A DNA stretch of 56,812 bases, counting the filler, from Catajapyx aquilonaris (lineage: Eukaryota), in NCBI GenBank assembly GCA_000934665.2. It is 2 parts of 2 records of this genome, joined end to end, with 100 filler letters (N's around TTAATTAATTAA, not from the genome) between each part and the next. Parts side by side here need not be neighbours in the genome. Positions count along the whole stretch, not along the records: positions 1 to 28,368 come from JYFJ02004927.1; 1 more part is not named here. One strand, written 5' to 3'. The translations under genes and the position numbers were made by a program. Position 1 is the stretch's first letter. Each line of letters starts with the position of its first letter. Shown piece after piece: positions 1 through 11,341 of the stretch. The notes under the pieces were generated by a model, which searched no databases, was not told the DNA's origin, and saw nothing but the letters and a program-made list of their open reading frames with translations.

Positions 1-652
1 GGTAAAAGCTGGGCGCAGGGCGGCGCAGGGGCGGGAAACACAAGTACTGTACACAACTACCGTGAGATTTTCTTTGTGCATTATTTCCTCCAATCCTCCT
101 TCCCAGTACCCCGCTGAACCTCTGAACCATAGGTAGTGCGACCAATTGAAGGGTTGCCCCGAATAATGTTGTAAGTGGCACCGAAGTGGCATCGCTTGCG
201 GTTGCGGACAAGATCCAGGCCTGCTTTTTTCTATTTTTTCATATTTTCCTAATATCCCTAGATTTCGGCCGTTTCTGCTCAGTTGTCCCTAAATCCCTAA
301 GGGCATGCCGAAATCCCTAAATCTAGGGACATATCCCTGTGTCTGGCAACGCTGTTACAGCCTTACAGGCCCCAACAAGCTGTGCTCTTCTGTGCCAGCA
401 CCTCCAGTACCACTGGACCGCGCCATCTTGTTCTGACGTCACGCTTATGACGTCCTCGACTAGCGGCCAATCCTGGAACTCGTAGCATCAGCGGTAGGGA
501 AAACACAGAATTGGCCCGGATTTGTTTATTCGGCCGGAAAACTTGGAAGCGGTGCAACGCTTGCACCGGAATTATTAATGTTTCCGGCTTGTCAGCCGAA
601 CGGGATATTCTACTTTTCGACTACTTTTTCGAGAGCCGGTGCAACCCGCCCT

Positions 653-2360
653 ATGACGTGTCCTTCATATGGCAATGAATTTTTCTTTACTTTTACGCTG
701 AATTACTGGTGCAAAAAGGGGTCTGGTGCAGTGGTGCTGCTGTAACGTACACATGCCCACGAATACAGTCCAGGGTTCGATTCCAAGCACGGGACTTCCC
801 CCGTTGCATCTCCGACGTCACCTCGGATGAGCTTACGCTATATAGACTAGCCGCCAGGGGGAATGCACAAATGAGTTTTAAAAAATTAATATTACTACTG
901 TAGTTACTCTTACTCATAGGATGCTGCTATGCATGTGATGATGTGATGATGGTGGTGATGATTCCACGATGAAGCCAAGCCCTCACCAGTGAACAAATGA
1001 GGTGTGACGTACTTTTTAAAACAAAGATGCAGATAGGACTTGACAGTGGAATAATAACATTGGACTATGTCGTTTGGTATCAAAATAATATGCAGTAAAT
1101 AAATAGAGAGGTAAATGTGACTTTACATTTTATATGCGTCTCCGCATAAAGTACAATATAATTACAATTTTCCTGTATCCGTCATTTATTGCAGGGTCTC
1201 GACAAAAACGATAAATCGATTTCATCGCATTCGCAATATATGGTAACACGAGTCTCAGTATGGGGAAAAAATCGAGTACAAGAATTGAGTTTATTATTGC
1301 GCCAGGGTCGTGTTTCAGGAAAACAAGGTCGTAAAACGACACCAAATTGTAATCTACAAGTATAATACCCATAATACCTATGGCGTGTTTGGACTCACAG
1401 ATGTTGCAACGATGTGTTACTTCCTCGACTTTCGTGTGCTATTTTCAAGATTTACAGGAAATTTTTCAAATGATTAATTCAAGGTCATCAATATGAAACG
1501 TGGTAAGATAGACCGCCACAAAACGTGGGCTACTTGTAGAGCAAATAGCTTGACACATACACCTGCTTCAAATTAGCGTAGCGTAGTTAAGACACTTCCG
1601 AGAAATTCATGCACTATTAAATATTTGATGCAACGATGGATGATTAAACTTCAAGGGTCAAAAAACATTATTCACCTGGCAAGCCAAGTTTCTTTCTAAC
1701 TAGACTGAATGAAGTCCTTCTTAGGCCTACCTGTTTAATAATTGTAATGTACAATCACCATCATAATGATGAGGACAGGCTTGGGCAGGAGCACGAATGA
1801 ACGAATTCAGCTCTATCCGTCATTTATTGCAGGGTCTCGACAAAAACGATGTATCGATTTCATCTCATATGCGATAAGGTAACACGAGTCTAGGGAAAAA
1901 AATCGAGCACAAGAATTGAGTTTATTATTGAAGTTGCAGAGAGTCCCCGTTTTGCGACGGGGTCATGTTTCAGGAAAACAGGGTCGTAAAATTAAAAGTC
2001 GTAAACTACACCAAATTGTAATGTGACTATCTACAAGTATAATACCTATGGTGTGTTTGGACTCACAGATGTTGCAACGATGGGTTACTTCCTTGACTGT
2101 CGTGTGCTATTTTCAAGATTTATATGAAATTTGTTCAAACTATTAATTCAAGGTCATCAATGTGAAACGTCGTAAGAGAGACCGTTGCAAAGCGTGGTCT
2201 ACCTGTAGACCAAATAGCTTGACAAATCTTACTCCTGCTTCAAATTAGCGTAGTTAACACACTTCCGAGAAATTCATGCACTATTAAATATTTGATGTAA
2301 CGATGGTGATAAAATTTTAAGGGTTCACTAGATGGAAAATAAAATGTCACATGTCATCTC
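653..2360. repeat. Duplicated block, near-identical to 5879-7640, with an internal second copy (1815-2360 resembles 1176-1660)
   Basis: Direct comparison by eye: 653-950 matches 5879-6170; 945-1650 matches 6570-7290; 1726-1810 matches 7562-7640; 1815-2360 matches 6797-7320. Confidence 0.85.
718..905 (+). mobile_element. tRNA-derived SINE (family 1), copy 1
   Basis: Pol III A-box-like TGGTGCAGTGG and B-box GGTTCGATTCC, followed by a non-tRNA body and an AT-rich tail. Near-identical copy at ~5946-6135 and diverged inverted copy at ~46240-46421. Confidence 0.7.
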
Positions 2361-2894
2361 ACAACGATTTTTTTTGAAGCACCTTAATGGCCTTAATATT
2401 TAGGAGCTGTATGTTGTTGATGCATAAAAGAGATATCTAGAAGTTACTAACGAATCGAAACCTTTTGTAGTTTTGTGAAGGCGTCAAACAAAAATTAAGC
2501 TGCTTTTATACAGTTCTTGGCATTGCCTTTTGTAAAGGGGGGACAACATCAAAACGCAGTGTGTTGTAATTATTCTAGTTTGAGGACGTCGATGAGAGTA
2601 ATTAATGAGGTTTTGGTTGGTGGTTCGTGTATGTTAGGTCTGGTTGTACTATCCCTAATGTTTTCTAGGCGGAAAAGATCCAGAAAATGTTGATAACAAG
2701 GGTGATTAGTACATGCCATTTCATGCTTATTAATATGCTTGTATGACCATAATTTTGCAGAGGTTTGTGGGAACCGCTTCTAGTGTAATTGAAACCTACT
2801 TCACCTCCTGCATTTGTGTTGCGTTTTGGGAGGAGGGGTGGGAGGCGGGACAATTATCACAGGCAGATTTTGGGGGCACACCATAAACACAAGT

Positions 2895-3960
2895 GTGGTG
2901 CTGTTGTATACCTATATAGTATTTTGAGAACCCTAGTATTAGTATCACAGCTGTTTTCCAGCTATTTTATTACGTTACTACTTTTGTAAACATGCTGTAC
3001 TGGCTATGTGGCAGGTTACATGATAGGGGGTTCAGCAGTTTTCATGCAGTTTTCACATGTCATATATTTGGGTGGAACAATATTAGGCCGCAAGCTTCTG
3101 AGGGCTTACCTTGTGAAACAGTGTTGCGTCCATTTGATGTACAGTGTTGTTGCAACTAATTTATTGGACAGCGTGTAGGACATCAGGATGTACAAGGTGT
3201 TCCATGTTCACTCTCCGATACAGTTAGGATTTTATGTGAATGATAAAGCAGCTGCTATAGCTGATCAATTTTCTTACGTTACAGTAGCATGTACGCGTAC
3301 ATGAAAAATGTTCAACGGTACAGTAACGCACACTTGATTTTCACCTCTATCCAGAAATCCAGCTTCTTTAAAACTACAACGTGTTTTTACGTATGTACAG
3401 TAGATTTAGTACGAATTGCATGTTCCGTACGTGTAGGGCTATGGTACGTGACAACTGTTTAGTTGGTGTTGTATGCCTACACTATTTTGAGTATTAGAGT
3501 AGTATCACATCTGTTGGCGCTATTTCGCTACATTACTACATTTGTGAACATGTTGTACTCAATATATGGCAGGTTATGTGATATGGGGTTCAGCGCAGTA
3601 AATGTACACGCATGTTACCTTGTGGAACAGTGTTTGTAAGCTGCTATAACTTAGTTTCGTGCATTTCATCTAGTTGATGTGCAGTGGTAATTTTAGTGGA
3701 CAGATAGTGTGGCAACAGGTTCTTTGGATTAGTGGAAGAAGGCATTATTCCAACCAATCTTCAACACCTTGCACGTGCGAGCTACGGTAACCTACGTGTA
3801 CTGTCAATCATTCAGGCTGCACAAGAACAGCTTTAACCTTGCTCAATGATGTGAATTTATGGAAAGCAGCTGTTATTAGCTGATTAGCATTCACACATTA
3901 CAGATGCGTATACATGAAAAATGTTCCACATACAGTAGCGAGCCCTTGACTTTCACCTCT
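2895..3960. repeat. Degenerate tandem duplication (~560-bp offset)
   Basis: Shared segments occur in both 2895-3350 and 3460-3960, e.g. gtagtatcaca, atggcaggtta..tgatagggg(g)ttcagc, aaagcagctg, tacatgaaaaatgttc, tttcacctcta. Confidence 0.65.
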
Positions 3961-4828
3961 AGCAAGAATTGAAGCTATATATTTTGGTCAAGTTGACACA
4001 TTCAAATTCAATTTTTTCTGGCAATACCCACATCCGTAAATTTACACAAGGTCACATACAATGCGTTTGTAACACTTTATTTGTGCCTTTATGATAATAT
4101 ATACACATATTGTTGGTTATGCTGGAAGATGTCCCTCCTTGCAGCAGTCTATAAGATTTACAGTAGATCACAGTGAGACTAAGATTGAAATCAGGCAGGT
4201 ACAGGTAATACGAACATATAGATAAAGCCATGCTGTATTGGTAACATTGAGTTTTATTCACACCTGAGTGATCACTTGACACATTTTTTCTTTTAGATAT
4301 TACGTACATAATGCATAATTTAAAAAATAAAGCCAGCGAATTGGTTTTGAAATAGTGTTATTAAAGTGCTGCGTGTCAAAATAGGGCAAATTAAAATTTA
4401 ATTCCTGGATGAAACCTGCTGTCCAAGATCAAGGCGCTAATGCGTTCATATTATTAACAAGTAACCAATTAAATGGGAAACAGTGAACGTAAGTCAGTAA
4501 ATGTATGTGACATTTTTTGACAATTATTCTCAATCAGCACTTAACTTAAAGTAATGAGAGGTCATGTCCAACTTGACCGATGGATCCTTCGAGGAATTCG
4601 TCACTTCTCTCCTGTTTGGTACTCTGTTACGTAGGTGTGTCCAGCTTGAGTTAGAAGATATCAGATGGTGTCGGATGGTAGCAGTCAATTACGAGTCATC
4701 TGGGAGGAAATGAGATTGACATTTCAAAAATGATATCGTTAGGTTCATCACTCTCGGTATACAGTACCTGTTCCACTTACTGTTACTGATGTTGCTGGCT
4801 TAGGCCCAAAAGATATTACCCATTACCA

Positions 4829-5264
4829 TCAGACCACACGAACATTTAAGCGTGCGTCGACTTGGCCATTTAAATCCGCTATAAAAGACGAATAAAAATA
4901 TTGCCATGTATTATGATGTACAATGTAGGTGATTACTTAAAAACGAAAATATGAAATCTTACCTTTGAGTTCCACATCCTGTCCTACATCATCCGAAGAA
5001 AAGAAAACCAAATTAAAATAGTCGACGGACCCTTTGATTATTCGTAGAATAACCTACCGGCTGCGATTTACTTCATGATACTGGTACTCACATATATACG
5101 CAGCACAAACGTTCCAAACTGATTTTCAATATATTACCTACTCCACATAAAATAGGCTGTTTTCCTGGTAGTCACATAATAGCAAGAATAGACACGGTAC
5201 CTGCTGTTCTTTCCACAAAGACCATGAAAAGCACGATAAGGACCAAGAGGCTCAGGAGAGTCAT
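4829..5264 (-). CDS. Small secreted micro-exon peptide 1 (44 aa as written; possibly a truncated allele or pseudogene of a ~68-aa peptide)
   Basis: Exons 5264-5201, 4983-4963 (21 nt) and 4878-4829, all GT-AG phase 1. Translation: MTLLSLLVLIVLFMVFVERTAG-QDVELKADLNGQVDARLNVRVV*. It has a signal-peptide-like N-terminus. A further donor (4767) and a strong acceptor (4700, terminal exon DDS*) lie downstream. Confidence 0.65.
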
Positions 5265-5878
5265 CTTCGACACTTCTGTTCTAGTTGCTGTACAGGAGAA
5301 GCACTAGCTGATCACTATGGCCGAGTCTGCAGAAGGCTCAACTCTTTTCATATGCAAATGTGGTTGATTATACACAGATGTCGTGAATATTAGTGAATAG
5401 TTTTCTCTCAAGGGGCAATGGTGAACACGTGAACATCAGTGAGTCAGTTTTATAGGAATTGTTCTTTTGTGTTTATTAAAAGTTGAAAATGGGAAAATTA
5501 TCATTTTAACATGCAGTTAACTTGAAATGATGATTGGAGAGATGACTGTTGGGAGGTATGGCTGGATGAATCTCCAGCGATTCATTCATCTCTATATCAC
5601 AAAATGCTATTGGAAAGTCTACACATACTGCCTTACAATGACTTCTAGTTTTTTTTGGCTGTCACATAATTTTATTTAACGTTAATAGTAGTTCAATGCT
5701 GAGATGAAGGCACGTTGTACCGCACCTACAGTTGCTAACTCCTGGCAGTACATGTAAATTTCATGTAAATGAGATGAAATGATGCAGTGAAAAGTGAAAG
5801 GTACTTCAGTAAAATTGCTTTTTCTTTTAAAACCTTCAGAGATTTATGTGGCATTGCTTAATCTTGTTATTTATTCCA

Positions 5879-7640
5879 TTATGACGTGTCCTTCAGATGA
5901 AAATGAATTTTTCTTTACTTCTACGCTGAATTACTGGTGCAAAAAGAGGTCTGGTGCAGTGGTGCTGCTGTAACGTACACATGCCCACGAATACAGTCCA
6001 GGGTTCGATTCCAAGCACGGGACTTCCCCCGTTGCATCTCCGACGTCACCTCGGATGAGCTTACGCTATATAGACTAGCCGCCAGGGGGAATGCACAAAT
6101 GAGTTAAAAATTAATATTATTACTATTGTAGTTACTCTTACTCATAGGATGCTGCTATGCATGTGATGATTGTTTCCCTGATTTATTTGAATGCAATGTT
6201 GTTCACAGACATAGAAACCGCTGAATTTGTATTAAAATTGTTGTCACATCAATTTCGGGTTTTTTCTTCTTCGAAATTTACCATTGATAGGGTAGTATAG
6301 AAACGATACTGCTAAAACGTCAGAATTTATTTGCTCATATACTGTAGGTACACTACAGTATTTAGTACGATTATCATGTAACGTGGCGAATGGTTTTGTG
6401 AAAGCAGATGTTGCGTAGGCTACATTGTTACCAGACTATTAATACCTATATGGTGTAAGAAGGTTAGGCCATGGTGGCATAAAACCTTCACTCTCCCAGA
6501 ATCTGATACATTTTACAATATAGTGCATCCTCGATATACTGTCCCCGGATGTTTTCCTGGTTCCCGGATGACGGTGGTGATGATTCCACGATGAAGCCAA
6601 GCCCTCACCCGTGAACAAATGAGGTGTGACGATCTTTTTAAAACAAAGATGCAGATAGGACTTGACAGTGGAATAATAACATTGGACTATGTCGTTTGGT
6701 ATCAAAATAGTATGCAGTAAACAAATAGAGAGGTAAATGTGACTTTACATTTTATATGCGTCCCCGCATAAAGTACAATATAATTATAATTTTCCTGTAT
6801 CCGTCATTTATTGCAGGGTCTCGACAAAAACGATGAATCGATTTCATCGCATTCGCAATATATGGTAACACGAGTCTCAGTACAGGGGGAAAAAATCGAG
6901 TACAAGAATTGAGTTTATTATTGCGACAGGGTCGTGTTTCAGGAAAACAGGGTTCGTAAAATTAAAAGTCGTAAAACGACACCAAATTGTAATCTACAAG
7001 TATAATACCTATGGCGTGTTTGAACTCGCAGATGTTGCAACGATGTGTTACTTCCTTGACTTTCGTGTGCTATTTTCAAGATTTATATGAAATTTTGTCA
7101 AACTATTAATTCAAGGTCATCAATATGAAACGTGGTAAGATAGACCGCCACAAAACGTGGGCTACTTGTAGAGCAAATAGCTTGACACATACACCTGCTT
7201 CAAATTAGCGTAGTTAGCACACTTCCGAGAAATTCATGCACTATTAAATATTTGATGCAACGATGGATGATTAAATTTTAAGGGTTCACTAGATGGAAAA
7301 TAAAATGGCACATGTCATCTTGTCACTTAACCATATCGACATAAATGAGGTAACGTGCTCGAAAAGAGCTATGAATAGTGCAGCGACTCCAATTGGGAAC
7401 ACTGCCAAGGTTATAAGACGATCTGGCAACGTCGCTAACTATCTTACTCTTGACGAATAAGGCTATAATTCGTTGCTTGCCCTGAGAAATAATATTCAAC
7501 AAATAATGCAACAATGGGCGTCATAATGACATATTTAAGAAATGTCAACTAGGAAATTCATTACCTGTTTAATTATTGTAATGTACAATCACCATCATAA
7601 TGCTGAGGATAGACTTGGGCAGGAGCACGAACGATTTCAG
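5879..7640. repeat. Second copy of the duplicated block (includes SINE copy 5946-6135)
   Basis: High identity to 653-2360 by direct comparison. It contains ~400 bp (6170-6570) absent from the first copy. Confidence 0.85.
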
Positions 7641-7982
7641 CATAACACTGGCGGTATTGTTATTAATATTATTCAAAGGCTATAAACGTATGTTGCATCA
7701 AGTTCGACATTTAGTTTTATTCACAGCTATAAAGCACAGTTACTGTTATTTACAAAATGACAGCGTTAGTACACATTACTGACACTATCACGAAATTCTT
7801 GCACTGCTAGATATTTAATCGAATATGAAAAGTCACTGGATCGAAAATGAAGCAGTGCACATATGATAATTTTCCAACTTCCACTGAAAGGTTTGTTTTG
7901 GGTTTTTGTCATCAGGTTCCTAGTTAATAGTTTTGTCGAAAATATGGGGGCTGGAGTTTTGAAAATAATTACACTTTGCCGA

Positions 7983-8720
7983 TTACACAGCGCCATCTGA
8001 AAAAAGGAATCAGATATCAAAAATGTGTAAATCGATTCAACTAGCGGCACTCTTTTTCTGTGTTTTTGGTTGTCTGTCTCACCAAGTGGTTGAGGTATGG
8101 GTACCACGACTTCCACATCTAAAAACTTAGCTGGGCCGGCACCTACACCTGTATGGAATGGTGATTGAAACCATTGTAAATTAAGAATATTATGGAATAC
8201 CCAAGGCAGTTTATGCTCTTATGATAGATTGACTTGCCTGCTGCAAGATCGACTTCACCATCTACGCCTGTGGAAGATAAAGAAATAATAACACAATCAT
8301 GTTATATTTTGTATTAATGTTCCATCCTTACCGCCATGTACGATGAAACCAACTGGGCCAATATTTGCCTGGCGATCTAATACAACATCTGCGTGATAAA
8401 AATATGTAAAATATTTTAGACACATTTCATTAGTACGTATTTAACTGTGCAAGTAGGACCTTATCTGCACGCATGTTTCTTCGGATATGTAGCGATATGC
8501 ACAAATACAAGTGCGAGGTTTTGAATGTTACAAGACATAATACAGTGGGTTCGAACTGATAATTGAAAATGTTTAGCGAATAGATTTATCGGCTATCAAA
8601 GACAGTTATAGACTGTTAATCTTCAGTTGCAAATATTAGGAGCAAATAAAAATTGCACACATTACCTGCTTGAACATTGCTCACAAAAAGAAGAGCAAGC
8701 AAAAAGTAGAGGAGTTTCAT
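7983..8720 (-). CDS. Small secreted micro-exon peptide 2 (73 aa)
   Basis: Exons 8720-8666 (55 nt), 8388-8332 (57), 8267-8238 (30), 8148-8083 (66) and 7996-7983 (14), all introns phase 1; intron 3 uses a GC donor (CAG|gcaagt). Translation: MKLLYFLLALLFVSNVQA-DVVLDRQANIGPVGFIVHGGVDGEVDLAAGVGAGPAKFLDVEVVVPIPQPLDGAV*. Classical signal peptide ending V-Q-A. Confidence 0.75.
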
Positions 8721-9615
8721 CTTCGTGCTGTCGTTACCGCTGGTTGCTACTGGAGTACTGGCCTCTCACTATCTCTACCAGCCGTCTTTCGCTGTCCGTA
8801 TGCAGATGAGGTTGGATATGGAGGCACGTGGAACCTTGCGTGGAACGTATTGGTCAGTCTCAGTAGAATAATTATTTTACACATGTTCGAATCCAGACAT
8901 TATGATGTGTTAAGATCCCATCAATATGCAGATTTACTCATATGGTCTTTACGTAAAACGATAAGTACGAAAGAACATTTGTGACATATTCACTCAATTT
9001 AGTGCACAGGACTCAACTGTACGAGTACATTATCCTTGGAGAAAATTCAAAAATTCTTGCACGAAGCCAGCAAGGTGTTTGGACAATAGGCCGAAATGTG
9101 TTTCAAAATATCTCAGGTACTGTGTAATTGCCCAAATTTGCCAACTTCATGTTCTCGCGAGTTGGCGATAACTGCATTTTCTTGGCACCATAAAGTCAGG
9201 CAATTTGGCCAAGTTTTCGTAAACTTTGTCATGTAACATTTGTGCTAAAAAGAATAGAAACCTGTAAAAGCGCCATAGAGTGTGCACGCGAATCTATTTT
9301 GGGAATGTCATTCAGAATTTATTTATTTTCACAAGTTAATCAAAAACCAAGCACAAAATGTCCTGCCGAACTTAGTTTCAATTCTACAGGTTAGTTACGT
9401 CGATCATTTCTTGCAAAATGGCTGAGCAGTCCCTGAACACTGCTCTTCTGCCCTTGAAATTATAACATATGTTATAACATATGTTGAGATATTAATAAGG
9501 CTTTTAAAATGAAGGCTGCACATGTTAACATCGTGGCATGACTTAGCAATTTTTTTCATCAATTTTACTCTTACAATATTATTAGAGAAATTATCTTGTA
9601 AGACCAGAACAGAAG

Positions 9616-9670
9616 AATCTGATACGAGGAATTAATTGCAATAATTGCAATTAATTCCTCGTATCAGATT
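9616..9670. repeat. Perfect palindrome (27-bp arms, 1-nt loop)
   Basis: aatctgatacgaggaattaattgcaat-a-attgcaattaattcctcgtatcagatt. Confidence 0.95.
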
Positions 9671-11274
9671 ACTAATTATTAGTACACTTGTACATGTGTT
9701 TCACCGTTAAGGTTCACCTGAATGCGTTGACACCCAAATGAGATTAGGGTGGTGCAAAATCGGGTTGACAATGGCCCGTCGTCCCTTTTGAAATGGTGTC
9801 AACTCAGAGGGAAAGAGATATGAAAAGGGCCTCTCATTTATTTCCTCCACACCGCCTCCTACATATATACATATCCACGTATATACAGCAAAGGCCGCTA
9901 GGGGATATCTAAGGCCAAGAATGGTAATTTCCATGTCAAAAGACATCATCTTTGTGATGTTGCGAATAGCTTGAGTTGGGTTGGGGTGTTGGTTGGGTGG
10001 GGGGGTCTTTTTCGGGGAATGTTTCGGGTGGGCTTTTGGGGGTCTACCCAACTTTCCCACAATTTCCGGGAGTGGAAGGGGTGTAGGGGGCAAAAGGGGG
10101 TATGGAACCTAGGGGGGATAAATTGATTCGAGGCAATTTCAAACATTGCCTTTCCCCCCTATAGGCCGTAAGTGATCTGGATCATCCCGATTTCCCATCA
10201 GATCTGACGAACAGCTATTGATTTAACCAAAAGTCACTTGACTTTTGCACAAAAAAATGTTGTAAGAAACTACATTAAATATGAGGGCCAATAGCGGAAA
10301 TGATTGAACCTGCATAGCTGACATAGTGGAAGTGTTAACGATAATCAATTCAATAACCGTACGGTATGTCAGGGTTTGGTGAGCTGCAATGCAATTTGCA
10401 CCCCTTGGCCAACTATGTGAAACTAGCCATATTTATAGAAGCGGTGTAACACTTTTCCTACCGGTATCTCCTTTCTCTTCCAAGTCAAAGCGCTTTATAA
10501 TTCACGGATCATGTGCAGCTGTCTTTCCTCCGCCGAGAGTAATGGGGTCCGAAATTCAATTTTGGGAACCGGCGTTTGTTCTTCAGGTTGTCAAGTGGTT
10601 TCCAAAGTGCAAGAGCATATTTCTGGAGTCCATGAAAACTGTAACGGATTTTTTTTGACCGTTATTTTTTTTCTTCTCCAGAGAGCGCTGCAATCGAGTT
10701 ACTCCCTTTAATTCGACAATGGCGTCTTTATGTATCATTTGTGTCCTTTACGAGCCAAAATGCTAATTATCGCTGTGTTATTTTATGACAGAGGGAGTAA
10801 TTATGGTCCTAGAAGATAAAGAGGTGTAACGGTCACAATGCAAGCAGGACGTACCGTGTATGATGCCACTGCCGACCATTATGAATTTAGTACTTCAATT
10901 AAAGGGGTATGAAAGTATGATTTTTTGCGGCGTTAACAAAGGTAACGAGCTCTGATACAGTACAAATTGATTTATCTTAACAGGGTTAAAATTGTTATTT
11001 GATAGCTAGACCACGACGCAATTTTTTGTTAATTTTAATAGGATCGATCGCTATGATTTTGGATTAATTTTAGCTCCAGTCGTGTTGGGAATATAGTTCA
11101 CAACATACTCTAACTTATTCATATAAAAATTTGGCCACTTGAGTACACATCAAACTTTCACAAAAATTGCTTATTATTGCAATGAATATTTGAATGAATA
11201 TTACATATCTGAATNNNTTCCCCCCCCCCCCCCAAAGCCATCCTCATTCTTAGGCATAATCCCCATTGATATAC

Positions 11275-11341
11275 ATAGCTTGCTTCACGTTACCTTATAG
11301 CTTGCTTCACGTTACCTTATAGCTTTCTTCACGTTACCTTA
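11275..11341. repeat. Minisatellite, 3 x 22 bp
   Basis: atagcttgcttcacgttacctt repeated three times. Confidence 0.9.

Noticed and set aside
718..800. Possible tRNA genes here and at 5946, 33978 and 46340-46421
   Set aside because: A/B boxes are present but there is no complete cloverleaf; each continues into a SINE body or simple-repeat tail.
5058..5118. Extra exon in peptide gene 1 giving a Cys-containing, defensin-like reading (VWNVCAAYICEYQY...)
   Set aside because: It breaks the phase-1 symmetry, gives an odd Cys count, and its stronger internal GTGAGT donor creates an immediate TGA. The phase-1 model matches gene 2 better. Not fully excluded without RNA data.
7766..8116. 116-aa ORF as a stand-alone gene
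   Set aside because: It is exon 4 of peptide gene 2 reading through intron and 3' UTR.
8255..8555. Trp/Arg/Cys-rich antimicrobial-like reading of gene 2 (..RCCIRSPGKYWPSWFHRTWRRRW)
   Set aside because: It needs a frameshift or in-frame stop in 8460-8555 and a poor donor, whereas the phase-1 frame is open across all exons.
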